From NCBI RefSeq assembly GCF_009914755.1, contig NC_060936.1: a stretch of DNA of 64,000 bases; one strand, 5' to 3'. Below the pieces are notes generated by a model, which was not told the DNA's origin, did not search any database, and saw only the letters and a list, made by a program, of their open reading frames with translations. Positions 16,297 to 31,579 of the stretch are shown in pieces (the first letter of the stretch is position 1; each line of letters begins with the position of its first letter). The position numbers were made by a program, and so were the translations under genes. Source of the stretch: the human T2T-CHM13v2.0 reference genome, Homo sapiens.

Positions 16297-18544
16297 AACT
16301 AATTTCTTTTCTTTATAGCACTGGTCAGGACGTCCAATACTGTATTCCACAGTATTGGATCTTATACAGTCCAGACAAGTGTGCATCCTTGTCTTTTTAA
16401 AGAGAATACATTTAAAGTTTCTTCACCAAATCAAATGCTTTTACAATCTTAACCAAATTAAGAAAGTTTCCCATATTTTGAATTTTTAAAGAAATATTTT
16501 TTTCAAATTATAGTTATGTGTCAAACTTTATCAAATTTTTTTCTGCATCTATTAAGATAATAATGACTTTCCTCTTTGGTGGATTGATATATTGAGTTAA
16601 GTGGTAGATTTTATGATGTTGAAATTTATTGCAAACGTAGGATACATTCTACTTGTTCATGATATGTTACTTTCAATTTTTTGATTCAATTACTTAATAT
16701 TTTATTTATAATTTTTGCTTCTAAAATCGTAACTGAAACAAGCCTATAATTTTTCCTCTTCTTGTATTCTTACCCTGTTTGGAATAAAAACTGTAGTATC
16801 CTCATAAAATCAGCTAGATAGCTTTTGTCCTTTTTTGATTTTCTGGAACAACTTACATATGATAGGAAATTAAGTGTTTCATGAGCTTTTTCTTTTTCCC
16901 CCTTTAACTTGTCCAAGGTCCACAGGATCCATGAACATTTGATGGAGCTTACCTGTAAAGCCATCTGGGCCTAGGGCTCTTTGTCAAGGGAGGGCTTTGT
17001 TTGCTATTTCAGTGTATTTCATACTTTGGTCTGTTCAAGTTTCTGTTTTTTCCTGCACCAATATCCAACACTTCTGAGTGTTTAGAGGTCATTGTTCAGC
17101 AAACTTTCACTCCTCCTACCCCGTGGGAAGATTTAATTCCCTTTCCTGTTGGTGTTGGGCTTGGCCACATATCTTGCTTTGATCAATGGAGCATTAGTGG
17201 ACTTGACATGGGCAGAGGACTTAAATGTCCTCACAGCAGGATTTAGCCCTGTCTTCTAAAAAGCGGCTGTGCTGGAACGGGACAGTCTCTTCGCTCAGCT
17301 TTTTTTTCTAGTCCCGCACACCTGCAGCATATGACACTTACATCAGTAACAGTGGTTCACTGCAGCCGTGAGCTGGGGTGACTGGTATATTACCAGACCC
17401 TCCGGAGGAATGTATATAGTTTTTAAAAGTGCTACCCCATGACCAACCCAGTCACCGTCGTAAATAAAAAAAAATATCTGCTTACAACATCTCCTCTCAT
17501 ATCACAAAATAACTGAAGTTGAGAAAGGAATTTCATAATTAAAAAACTTTTTTGACTCTTCCAGCAGCTATTTGTGCGTCTGCTGCACCTCTTCTTTAGC
17601 CGTTGGTCTTCAGCTTCTCAACTGTGCTTTTGAACCCTGGAGAGTTCCCATTCTCAGATTACCTGTAAGGTGATCACATCATTGAATGCAAGGTGAAAAC
17701 AGGAGGTTGACCAGACAGGACCCTGGGCCTGTGGACTGTCCTTCACTCACAGAACCCACATCCAACCAGTTATTCCAGTGAAAGCAATAAGGAATAGGTA
17801 GGAAGTACTGCTGCACAGAGATTCGTTAGAAGACATGGCTTTTTTTCTGGAACAGATGAAGTCAAACAGACAGCTAGTGGAGATGGTGAGTCGGGAACTT
17901 GACTTGGAGGGCTTTTTTGCTTTAAGATGATCATCAGCTCCTGGAAAGGTGTACGTTGAGTTCCCTTTTGTGCTAGGCAAAGGGCTAAAGACTGAGGGGA
18001 AGGAGGTCACAGAAGTAGAAGAGCTGGTCTCTGCCCATAAGGAGCTTCGGAGTCAGCAATGTCATATACAAAACCTGGAAAAATTATGTGAGAAACTTTC
18101 ACAAAATGCAATAGGGATTAGAGAGGAGATTTTTAGTTTTGAGGCCAGAACAGTGATTGATAGGCATGGCTGAGGGAGGAGGAGATAGCTGGAGAAGGAG
18201 GGAGAATGCTATGTTGTTTTCATTCACGTAGTGACCACAGAAATGAGGGATGGAGGGGCGAGAGAATAAGTTAAGTCGGGGCGGGGGTGGGGGAGAGTAG
18301 GGGGAGGTGTTTCCATTTTCCTTTAAGTGGATCCTTGGCTTCATTGCAGTAAATGGGGTTGTCAGTATATATTGCCCCTTTTGAAACCGACGAGTTTCAC
18401 TGAGAATGGGATTAAAAGATTGCATGAAAAATTTAGGATCTGTATAAGGGAGAACATTTTATACAGCCCTGTATGAGGGCCGTCTGAAAGGAGTTAAATT
18501 CCCATTTGGGATTTTTTAAACCAGGATGAACATTCTATACCACA

Positions 18545-18745
18545 ATGTCTGGTGGTTTTAACCAGAGATAGTACTGCCTCACCCCAGGGTATGTGAACAT
18601 GTGTGTTTGTGGTAAGGTAGGGGTATCACTAGCAATTAGAAGGTGCAAGCCAGGGATGCTGATGACCCCGTCATGTACTGGAGAAGCTCTGTACAGCACA
18701 TTGCCTGCCTAGAATGCTAAGGGCACACTTGTGGAGAAATAATGC
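18545..18745. mobile_element. MER20-like hAT MITE
   Basis: cactagcaattagaaggtgcaagccagggatgctg...cctagaatgctaa. Confidence 0.6.
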
Positions 18746-18831
18746 ACTTCCTAAGCTTCAGTCATTTGGGGTCCCCTTGTTTAATTTTTGCGGTATCTAG
18801 GTACCATTTCTACCACTAATTTAATGCTTTT

Positions 18832-19148
18832 TTTCTTTTTTGTCTTTTTATTCTTTTTTTTTTTTTTTTGAGACAGTCTTGCTCTGTTGTCCAGGTTGGA
18901 GTGCAGTGGCGTGATCTCGCTCACTGCAACCTCCGCCTCCCAGAGTCAAACAATTCTCCTGCCTTAGCCTCCCAAGTAGCTGGGAATACAGGTGCCCGCC
19001 ACCAAGCCCAGCTAATTTTTGTATTTTTAGCAGAGATGAAGTTTCAGCATGTATGCCAGGCTGGTCTCGAACTCCTGAGCTCCAGTCATCTGCCTGCCTC
19101 AGCCTCCCAAAGGGCTGGGATTACAGGCGTGAGCCACCGTGCCCAGCC
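18832..19148 (-). mobile_element. Alu (AluS-like)
   Basis: TSD taatttaatgctttt at 18817-18831 and 19149-19163. Confidence 0.96.
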
Positions 19149-19156
19149 TAATTTAA

Positions 19157-19490
<334 letters not shown>

Positions 19491-20910
19491 CTTTAAATTT
19501 ATTTTTAACTGACTTTTAAGTTTTTAGTTGTCATTCTATATCTGCATTTTAATTTACTTATTGTGATCCTTGCAATCATGAGTTTGAAATGCTATTGATA
19601 TTTTTCTAATCATATTAAAATAGATGACTATTGCAATACAGAATGTTCATCTTGCACTCCGCTAGTGGCATGCATGCTAGCTTTGAGAAGTAGTAGCCAG
19701 ATGGTCGCAGTGGATTAATTTATGGCTTGACCTGATTTTATGTAGTATATCCTTGAGAGTTGACATCCTTGGGACTCTCATTTTTAAGTAACCTTGTGTT
19801 CAGCAGAATTCACGAACTGAACGGGTCTCATGAGGATACTGTCCCTGATAGAGGTCAGACAGCACAAACAGCTGTGATTGCCTCTCTATATGTGCAAAGA
19901 TGTCCATTTGGAAAGGCTTGATCTGCTTGGTGGGGTGGTGCTTATGTGCCAATTACCTTTGCTCCGGCCTGTGTCCACAGACTGCTGGCCATCTCCCAGT
20001 TATGTGGCCCTATTTACAAGGGCTAAGTGACCCTGAAAGTGTGGAAGAATCAGAGCAAACTCTGTCCTTACTTCCAAATAATTGGCTCGAAGCATATGTT
20101 GCATTCATGTTGGCCAAGAATGAGAGAGAAGGATGACGGAGTATAGCAGAAACACAGACACTCCCTTCCCAACACCCAACCAACAGAACGAAAATGCAGT
20201 TAGAAACAAAATCAAACCCAGCCCCACAGGCTCTTGCAGCAAGCAAACAAACAAAAAACAATTACAGCTTTATTTCAACCACTTTGAAAAGTGGCAGGCA
20301 AGGAAGGGTGCACCCCACCGTAGCCCCTCAGAAGCAGTACTGGAAAAGGAAGGCGAGAGGACCAGTTCCTGAGGGTTCCTCCTAATACAGATCAATATGG
20401 GAAGCAGCTGGTTGAGGAGGTGAGTGGATAGACTTGGTAAAAGTTAAAAAAACAAAAAACAAAAAACAAAACCCTTGGCAGAGTTAGGAAGGCACCCGGG
20501 GAGGCCATCTCCTAGTCTCTGTGTTGAGTTACAGGAAAGAGACCATAGGAGTGAGTCTGCCCTGGTTTGGCAGAGTGGGCCCTGGTCTAAGACATTTAAC
20601 TCCCCTCCAAAAGAGGACAGAGTATAGAGCCCCCAAGGACAGGCCTCATGACTCCTGCCTCTCCTCCATGGCAGAAGTGTTCATGGAAAGCAGCAGCCAA
20701 CCTAAAGTTGTAGCTCAGAGGTAGAACGACACCTGGTTCCCTATAAAGTGAGGAGAGTGTCAAAAGATACATCAGCTTGCTCTGGGAGAGCAAAGAGCAG
20801 TTCTGGACAGAGATGTTCACGTTATAAGTACGAACAAGATGGCAGTGAGTGTCATGACTGTTCTGTGAAATGCTGCAGCAGAGGAATGCAAGAGAGGAGC
20901 ACAGCTTGTT

Positions 20911-21060
20911 GGCTGAGCACAGTGGTTCACACCTGTAATCCCAAAACTTTGGGAGGCTGGGGCACGAGGATCAGTTGAGGCCAGGAGTTTGAGACCAGCC
21001 TGGGCAACACAGCAAGACCCTGTCTCTATTAAATATATATATATATTTTTTAATAAAGAA
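20911..21060 (+). mobile_element. FLAM/Alu monomer
   Basis: ggctgagcacagtggttcacacctgtaatccc...agaccctgtctct; flanking repeat agga(g/a)cacagcttg. Confidence 0.88.
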
Positions 21061-21229
21061 AAGAAAGGAACACAGCTTGCAAAAATAAACATACAACCAA
21101 TCTGGTCTATAAGAAAACCCAGTCCTAGAAAACTCAACCTCACAAGTATTTTATGCTATAGAAAGACTCAGCATCAATTGAGTAGAAACAAAAACTCAAG
21201 ATGTCATCATGATAAAACAACAATGGGAT

Positions 21230-21980
21230 TCTTTTAATTTTTATTTTTAATTGTGGTAAAATGTACATAACATAGAATTTGCCATTGTAACCATTTTTAA
21301 ATGTACAATTCAGTTGTGTTAAGTACCTTCACATTGTTTTATAACCAATCTCCAAAAGTCTTCATCTTTCAAAACTGGAACTCTGTACCCATTAAACAAT
21401 AATTCCCCATTTCTCCCTCCCCCACCCCCTGGCAACCAGCATTCTGCTTTCTGTATCTGAATTCGACAACTCCAAGTACCTCATATGAATAGAATCAGAA
21501 AGTATTTGTCCTTTTGTGACTGGCTTATTTTACTTAGTGTAATGTCCTCAAGATTCATCCATGTTGGATCATGTGTCAGAATTTCCATCCTTTTTAAGGC
21601 TGAATAATATTCTATTGTATGTCTCTGACATTTTGCGTATCCATTCATCCAGTGGATACTCAGTTTGCTTCCACCTTTGGCTATTGTGAATAACGCTGCT
21701 ATGAACATAGGTGTACTAATTTCTCTTTGAGTCCCTGCATTCAATTCTTTTGAGTATATACCCAGAAGTGGGATTGCTGGATCATATGCTAATTCTATTT
21801 TTAAATTTTTGAGGAACTGCCATACTGTTTTCCACAGCACCTGCACCATTTCCCATTCCCACCAATAGTGCACAAGGGTTCCAATTTCTCCACACCCTTG
21901 CCAACATTTGGGACTTACTGTTTTTTGTTTTGTTTTGTTTTGTTTTGATAGTAGCTCTCCTAATGAGTGTGAAGTGGAAT
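21230..21980 (-). mobile_element. L1MB-like 3' end
   Basis: Minus ORF 21481-21873 ([37 protein letters not shown]) is the L1 ORF2 C-terminus. Confidence 0.92.
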
Positions 21981-22048
21981 GGATTTTTTAAAAGATAGAG
22001 CCAAGAAAAGAAATAAAGAACAAAAACACAATACAACGTTAAAACCAG

Positions 22049-22049
<1 letters not shown>

Positions 22050-22105
<56 letters not shown>
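22050..22105. repeat. (CA)n microsatellite, ~28 units
   Basis: Directly visible. Confidence 0.97.
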
Positions 22106-22107
<2 letters not shown>

Positions 22108-22299
22108 TGGACATGGCTGAAAATCAAAGAGTGAGATAATCCCAAGGAGGGGATTAAAGCAATAAGGACAATATAACAGCCATGGAGGAGAGGCACAGCC
22201 ATCCAGCATATGGAGCAAGAAAAGAATGCAACCATGTGACCCAGGAAGATTTTCCCAAAAGGAAGAAACAACTGAATCTTTGGTTAGAAGGTTATGCCA

Positions 22300-23300
<1,001 letters not shown>

Positions 23301-24938
23301 AGTTAACCCTTGAGTTTTCGTAACTTTTTTCTGTGCATTAAATTGTGTGTGTGTATGTTTTCAAGTATGTTAACTTGTAACCGCTGGTCAGAATGTCATT
23401 TTGTTTCACTTCTGCTTTTTCTTCTGTTACATCCAAACAAAATTACATAGCTCTTACTGGAAAGAAAAGGTCATATGTTATCATTTTAAATGAACCCATT
23501 ACCCTCTATCTAGCCTTCTACCAGTGTATGTGCATACAGAGATATCCAGAATGATGGTCACCAACTGTAAACACAATAGCGGGATATTGGATGATTTCTT
23601 TTCTTCTTTGCGCTGTTTTCTGTTGCTTTATTTTTTTTTTAATGAGCCTATGTTTTTATACAAGCCGTAAAATCATTGCTGTTAATCTCAACTATTGATC
23701 AGTAGTGTCATCAGTATTCTAATTGCGTCATAGTCATTGTTTTTTAAATTGTAGTGTTGACAAACACCAGAAAGAGCCCTTGACAATATTTTTGCAACTC
23801 ATCTCTAAGGTGCTGGCCGCTGCCCAGAGGCCAAAGACATGGGCTGTGGAAAACATCAGCTCTTGTAATAAGGTGCCTTTGCCTTCTTATTGAATCATAA
23901 ATCAAAACACAATAGTGGACTGATGAGCATGAGGTAGACTGACCTGAATCCCTGTGATGCTGATGGATGGGAGTATAGTGTACTGTGCTGTCAAACAAAT
24001 GTCTGAACCTAGCAAATGACTTTGGATGTTTGGAGTCCGTCTCAATCTCTGCACTTGGCTGCTGTGAGTGCCTTTCACTTCCTCCATTGCGATTCTCCTG
24101 CCTCTGGGCCTTTGCACATGCAATTCTCTCTTCTCGAGATGCGCCACGCCCTGTTCCTCCTTCATCACCCAGCTCCTCCTCCTAGTGTTCAGGGCTTAGC
24201 TTTAGCCTCCTTCCCCTGGAAGGCCTTCCCTAATGAAGTTAGGAGCTCCTTCTGTATAACCAAAGGCACTGCTCACTGGTTTTGCTGGGCACATTTATAA
24301 CCATTCACTCAATGTCATGCTTCTTAGCAGACTGGCCTCAGGCAAATAAGAATCTAGTTCAGGAAGTGTAAGGTCAGATTTCCTCGTTGCCCCGTCTCAT
24401 ACTTCCTGTTCCTCTTCTGGGCTCTGCCAGAACGGTAACTCCACTCTTGTGGCCTCTGCTATGAACAAACCCCGCTCTCTTCCCTTCCTGCTACCCTATG
24501 GCCTCTTAGGTTTATTTTGTTCTCAGCAGCCCTCTTGGCTCTGGCTTCTGTTAGCAGCTACACGTTTTCTCGGTAATATTTCAAGTTCAACCTCATCGGC
24601 GAGGGTAGCTGTTTGGTTTAGTCTTTGTCCTCTAGCACGTGCCTTTCCTGCAGGGAGGGGCATTCCCAGCCTTGGAACAGGCCCCATCACTAAGGCCACA
24701 GACAGTGCCAGAGGGAGCTGGGGTCTGTGCAGCCATTCTTGAATTCCCCCAGAATGCCTTGCCTGGCCTTGAGTAAAAGGGATAGAAGTGAAAAAAGCCT
24801 GTTACAAAGCAGCATGTACGAGGTAACCCTTCATGTGTGTTTTATATATCAAAGAAAATAGACTAGTTATTATCAATGAGTTTTTCTGGTGGGATTTCTA
24901 GTTATTTTTATTTTGTTGCTTTCAAAGTTTCTGTAACA

Positions 24939-25236
24939 GGCAGGGTGCTGTGGCTCACGCCTGTAATCCTAGCACTTTGGGAGGCCAAGGCAGGTGGATC
25001 ACCTGAGGTCAGGAGTTCAAGACCAGCCTGGCCAACATGGTGAAACCCTGTCTCTGCTAAAAATACAAAAATTAGCTGGGCATGGTGGCAGTTGCCTGTA
25101 ATCCCAGCTACTTGGGAGGCTGAAACAGGAGAATCACTTCAACCCAGGAGGTGGAGTTTGTAGTGAGCCAACATCATGCCATTGCTCTCCAGCCTGGGTG
25201 ACAGAGTGAAACACCGTCTCAAAAAAAAAAAAAAAA
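24939..25236 (+). mobile_element. Alu (AluSx-like), ~210 nt upstream of the CRADD terminal exon
   Basis: TSD aaagtttctgtaa at 24924-24936 and 25237-25249. Confidence 0.96.
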
Positions 25237-25400
25237 AAAGTTTCTGTAAAAACATTTTCACAGATACTTAACAGCATTGAAGCCCTGAATCATGGCGTTG
25301 TACAGAGCAGCCCCCAGGAAGAAGACAAGAGCCAATTGGCTCTGCCATTTGGAAGCATTGCCTTCTTCTCCCCACGATTCTCATTTCTGCCCCCAAATGA

Positions 25401-25751
<351 letters not shown>

Positions 25752-26225
25752 TGGTGCCTCCAGCAACCGCTGGGGAGTGTGTCCCTGAGTCATGTGGGCT
25801 GAATCCTGACTTTCACTCAGAGCAGGTGGTTTTTTGTGTAGGTTTGTTTTTTATTTTTGATGATCTTCAGATGGAAGGAGAAAACAGGGTTTCCACTAGA
25901 CATTACTTGAAAGGCCAGATTACTCAGCAGATCTCCCATGTTGGCTCAACAATTCTTTGTTTTTAATTGCTTGAAGATTGCATTGTTGTAATTGTTCAGT
26001 TTTTAAATGTGTAATGGCATTTTAATAGACTAGTAAATCACAGTGGTTCAAAATATATATCCATATATATATATATCCATATATATATCTCATGTCATCA
26101 CATTACAGGCAGGTGTCTCATATGTAAAACATTTACCTGAATGTTGTCTGAGGACTGAACTGTGGACTTTACTATTCATAATGATAAAATAATAAAATGC
26201 GAATTACTATATATAATGTGCCTCA
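25752..26225 (+). other. CRADD: CRADD 3'UTR (end approximate)
   Basis: Follows the stop codon, AU-rich, ends shortly after AATAAA at 26191. Confidence 0.8.
26053..26089. repeat. Compound (AT)n-CC microsatellite in the CRADD 3'UTR
   Basis: atatatatccatatatatatatatccatatatatatc. Confidence 0.9.
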
Positions 26226-26260
26226 CTCATGAGAAAGTACCGTGTTGGGTTTTTTTTTTT
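26191..26260 (+). terminator. Poly(A) signal AATAAA (26191-26196) with downstream GU/U-rich element (26241-26260)
   Basis: aataaa followed ~45 nt later by cgtgttgggtttttttttt. Confidence 0.85.
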
Positions 26261-26619
26261 CTTTCTCATTCCTGTGTTGCATAGATTAAGGGTGTAAAAT
26301 TACAATAGTCTTTTTTTTCTTTTTGGAACAGAATTAATAGTAACAGTGAAATGGTTACTTTCCCAAGTCAGGATAAATAGCTCAGGCAGGATGTCTGTAT
26401 TAAATATTGTAAGACACTAAAGCTCCCTGCAAAGACCAGTTCAAGGACCAGCATGCATACCCGAGCCCTTCATCTTTAAAAGATCGCTCGAGAAAATCCT
26501 GTGCTGTTTATTGAAAGCATTAAGTCAGGGGACGAGAGGGGGTGTGGTCTTTCCATTGAAGCCAGAATGACTGAAGTGTTGTGCTCCTAAGGAGTATGAT
26601 TTAGTCTTCTGTCCTTTTA

Positions 26620-26990
26620 TCAATAGCACATGGTGTTTATAGAATGCTTTACTGTTTTCACGGCTTTTCCTGTATGTGATCTCATTTGGACCTCTCAGCA
26701 ATGCTGTGGGGCAGTGGGCAAGGTGGTTCACCTCCTTCTGTACAGAGATTGAGTGATTGGCCCAGGGTGAATGAGGTTGGGTGCCGGCTCCTGAGCCTTT
26801 CCAACTGCTCCACAGGGCTCCTCCCCTTCTCTCTTGCATGCTCATTGAAGAAGCTTGAATCCTGCTCCCCGCCTACTAGGTGTATGGCCTTGGACAAGTT
26901 ACTTACCCTCTCTACACCTCAGTTTCCTCATTGGCAGAATGGGGAAATGATTGTACTCACCTCTGAGGTCTTTGTGATGATTAAAGCAAT
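26620..26990. mobile_element. Two MIR fragments in opposite orientation
   Basis: tacagagattgagtgattggcccagggt, and ccttggacaagttacttaccctctctacacctcagtttcctcattggcagaatgggg. Confidence 0.7.
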
Positions 26991-29524
26991 AATGTCCGCC
27001 AACAGCACATCCAGATGCAGCTCATTGTCAGCTTTCAGGAAATGGTAGCTGTTAATTTGCCGCCACTGTGGCTGAAGGTATGGTTAGACCACAGGCAAAG
27101 CTGAATAGTGGCTGAAAGCTGAGGGCACTGTGGGAGGAGCTACTATTGCCACATTTCTTACTAAGCTTTAAAATGGGATTTGATTTTATAAACTTTACAA
27201 TGGGGCCAGTCTGTGATCTATCCTTCTTAATAATTACGGAATCTGTTTCCTAATTCTAACATAACTCAGGATTTTTCAAAAGGGAGAAAAAAATCATGTT
27301 TTTTATTTCTCTCCATTCCAAGAATAAATTTATGGAATGGTAGAATTGAGCACGAAGTGGGTACTTAAAAAGATGACAATAGTGTGTGGATAACATCCTT
27401 TCAGGCATCTTGTAACCATATTCCTGTTACTAAAAAAGAGCTGCTATGCCACAGTTTATTCTTCCAGTGAATTCGGTTCAAAAGGATAGTCTACTGGCCT
27501 TATCAGTTCAAATTTTTCATTTTGTAGCCCAGCCAATAATTCATTATCTTATAAAATTCTCATGCTTTTGGCCATATCACTGTGCCCAGTGATAGACTGT
27601 ACTGCTGTGGCATCTTCAGTGAATCACTTGTCATTTTGAACCTGGGACTTATTACATTGCTGTCTTCCCCCTGGGTTTCCTAATAGAGAGTTGCTTTGGC
27701 TTTTGTTCTCACAGCTCAGAGTCACATTCATGGATGAGTGAGTAGAGCTGGGCTCTGCTGCGTCTGACTAGATGGCATTTTAGAAGCAGGTCTGATGATT
27801 AGCTGGGTCATCTTTCCGCCATTCACCATTTGCAAGGAATCTGTCACGCATAAAGACACTCGTGGGCTCTGTCAGCAGTGAGAGACAATTAGTGAAGAAC
27901 AAGCCCACGATGGGCCAGACAGACAGGGCCGAGGGGGCCCTTAGAGACCTCTGACTTGTTGCCCTTCACAAGCAGAGTGTCTTCACCACCAAATGGCGGC
28001 AGCCCCTCCCTGGCCTGCTCACGTGCTTGCAGAAGATTTGCAGAGTGGAAGAACAGAGCGGCTGAATCCCTATCTTGGTACTACCTCTGGCCATGAAGAA
28101 TAATGCTACATAGCAGCTGCCTACCTCCTAACAGAACTGGGGAGGTGAAGAGCCCGCAGGGATTTCCTGTGTTTGTATGGGAGAAGATTCTACAATTTCA
28201 GAGACTGTTTATCCCCAAGAAAACTGAATGAATGCAGCGAGGTGGCAAGAGCATTTGCAGGCACTGACAGAAAGTATATGAATATATAGTCTTGCACCAC
28301 TTTGGGTTGGGTTGGAGTGTGTGTGTGTGTGTGTGTGTGCATATGCATGCATGAGTGTGGCCCTTCATGTTTTTAAAACTATAACTTTTATTAATTTTTT
28401 CAACATGAAGTACATGTTTATTATGGCAGTTTGAAAAAAAACACAATAAGATGAAGAAAAATAAGAATTACCCCTACTCCCATCTAAGCACTGTACATCC
28501 CAATTTTTATCCCTGTCCTCCAATTAGTTTTCTCTGCCTGCATATCCTTTTCATAAAAAGAATAGGATTTTCTCTGCATTTCCTTATAAAAAGTGTTATA
28601 TTTTCCAACTGATAATACACTTATTTTTTTTTGTCGATGTGGGACTATTTAGAGAGACTAAACTGTGTAATTAAAATGATGCATCTTTTTAATATTCCTC
28701 AATGGCATACTCCAAATGATCTTTATATTCATGGCTTAAAATTAACTAAATTAAGTTTTCAATTTTATTACAAGAATGGGATTATATTGTACCTGCTGCT
28801 TTACAAGTGGCATCTTTTATATAACATCAAACTGTCTTTCTGTGTCATTATTTCTCTGTGCCAATGATTTCAATATCCTTTGTGTTCACAACACACTTTC
28901 GAGTCCTATAATTTTTGTGGCATGTTTGAAGAGATAAAAGGACACTTAGCTACTAAAAAGATGACAATAAGTATAGCAATGTCTTTCACTCTCAAAACCA
29001 TTGTCCCACTTTTTGCTCCATCCCCGTTTGGAACCATGTTCCAAGCAGTAGAGCTGTTTACGGCTCCCCTCTATGCACTCTTATATCCTCAAAAAGCAAA
29101 GTTTAGCACAGTCTGGGCTTTATTCTGAGATTTTATCTCTTCCTAACAGCAAGATGGCCTCTACACTGCCTGATGATCCAATCAGCTTCGTGTTCCATTT
29201 CCACAAGAGTACGTGTTCTGGGAGGGCAAATGAATTTTACCTGTTGATCCAAATGTGATGGCACGCTTATGAAGGGTTGATAGTCTACGTGTTGCCACTA
29301 TTCGCTGCCGTCATTTTCAATGATGCACAGCTTTCCAGTGTGTGGATGCGCCGTCATGTCTTAACCACTTCCCTGCGTGGATCTTTAGGTCGGTTTTGCC
29401 TTTTCATTGTTATAAACAGTGATGCAAGGAAGGGAGTGTTTGTGGTTAAATCTTTACATTCATCATATGTTACAATGAACTGGATCCCTGGTTTGTTTAG
29501 CGCCAAACATATTTTAATTTTGTT

Positions 29525-30044
29525 CTCAATTAGCTTTTTTATATAGCAAACTACCCCCAAGATGTAATGGCTTAAAACAACAAATGTATTGGCTTAAAAT
29601 TTAGCCCACAATTCTGTGAGCTGGCTGGGCTTGCTCTTCCGATCTGGGCCAGCTCAGCTGATTTCTGCTGGGCTCTCTCGTGTATCTGTGGTCAGCTGGT
29701 GGGTTGGCTGAGGCAGGATGCTCTAGGGCGGCCTCACTCATGTGTCTGGAAAGTAGTAGGCTATTTCCTGGGGCAATGGGTCGTTTGTGTCTAGGTCACA
29801 CGCCTTTTATCTGTCAGGTTACCCTGCCTTCTTTACTTGGTAGTAGTGGCAGGGGTTCCCCAGACAGCAAGAAGGCAAGCCGCCATGTGGAAACACCTTT
29901 CAAGCCTCTGTTTGCATCCCTTTTGCTGACATTTCTGGCCAAAGCCAGTCATGTGCCAGCTCAGAGTCAGTGCGGGAGGGCTCTACCAAAAGGCATGGAG
30001 AGAGGAGCGGAATAATTTGGGTCCGTTTCGTGCAATCCACCACA
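29525..30044 (-). mobile_element. MLT1-family MaLR LTR
   Basis: atagcaaactacccccaagatgtaatggcttaaaacaac...tgcaatccaccaca. Confidence 0.8.
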
Positions 30045-30385
30045 GCCAATATTTTTAAATTGAGATTTCTGGGCCCTATTGAAAAACAATCTTTGGCTAC
30101 TCTGGATCCCTGTCCTTGAATCACAGTAACAGGCAAGCCTTTCCTAGCATGCCATGGTCCTTCCCATCCCCCACCCCACAGAATGCACATCCTTTGCCCA
30201 GCTCCTTCCACCTGCTCACTACCTGCTCAGCCACATACGTTTATGGCCTCCAGACATACAGCCATGATGATGCTTAGCATAATCTCCTAGAAGTGGAATC
30301 GCCGGGCTTAAAGTATTAATAACATATTTTTAAAAACTATTTTGACTTTTTAATACTTTTTAAAAACTTTTAAAAAATATTTTAG

Positions 30386-30676
30386 GGATGGATGTGGTGG
30401 CTCACGCCTATAATCCCAGCGCTTTGGGAGGCTGAGGCGGGCGGATCACTTGAGCTCCAGGAGTTCGAGACCAGCCTGGGGAACATTGTGAAACCCCGTC
30501 TCTACTAAAAATATAAAAATTAACCAGATGTGATGGCCAGTGCCTGTAATTTCAGCTACTCGGGAGGCTGAGGCAGGAGAATTGCTTGAACCCAGGAGAT
30601 GGAGGTTGCAGCGAGCCAAGATCGCGCCACTTCACTCGAGTCTCGGAGACAGCAAAACTCCGTCTTAAAAAAAAAA
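30386..30676 (+). mobile_element. Alu (AluS-like)
   Basis: Sense Alu dimer with A tail. Confidence 0.95.
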
Positions 30677-31094
30677 TTAACTTCCGTGGCCCACTGTGAA
30701 AGTTGCTGTTGGACACACAGACACACACACACACAGGCCTGAGGCAGCAGGATGAATCTGTCTTCATCCCTTTCTCTGGGGAGTTCTCCAGGTGTGGCAG
30801 CTTTGGACAGAGCCTCACCTCATTCAGCTATTCAGCAAACTCTCAAGCAGAGGCTACTGCACACCAGTCACTCCGCTAAGCAGGGAGGCGAAAAGATTAC
30901 TAATAAATACACAGTTCCTCTTCTCCAGGAACTCACTGTTTGACCAATGAGACAGACATGAAGCTCTAATTACAACACAATGCAATCAGGCCTGCGCCTG
31001 AGTATCGAGTCTATGGGAATGCAGAGGAGAAATGATCCATTTGCCTGGCTTCTTGGGAAGTGAGAGGTATGGGAAATAATAACACTGTATCTAA

Positions 31095-31255
31095 GGCTCT
31101 GTCACTTGGGCAAGTTACTCCACCTCTGGGTGCCAGTTTCCCCACATGTAAAATGCAAACAAATAACAGTACCCACCTATGGTCACAGTGAGGATTCCAT
31201 GAGATGAAAGGTATAACATGCTTAGAACAGTGCCTGGCAAAGATGTTTTGTTAAA
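31095..31255 (+). mobile_element. MIR fragment
   Basis: ttgggcaagttactccacctctgggtgccagtttccccacatgtaaaatg. Confidence 0.75.
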
Positions 31256-31262
31256 CCATTGA

Positions 31263-31579
<317 letters not shown>

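Noticed and set aside
27323-27328. Distal AATAAA as an alternative poly(A) site
   Set aside because: No clear GU/U-rich downstream element; the hexamer is common in AT-rich DNA.
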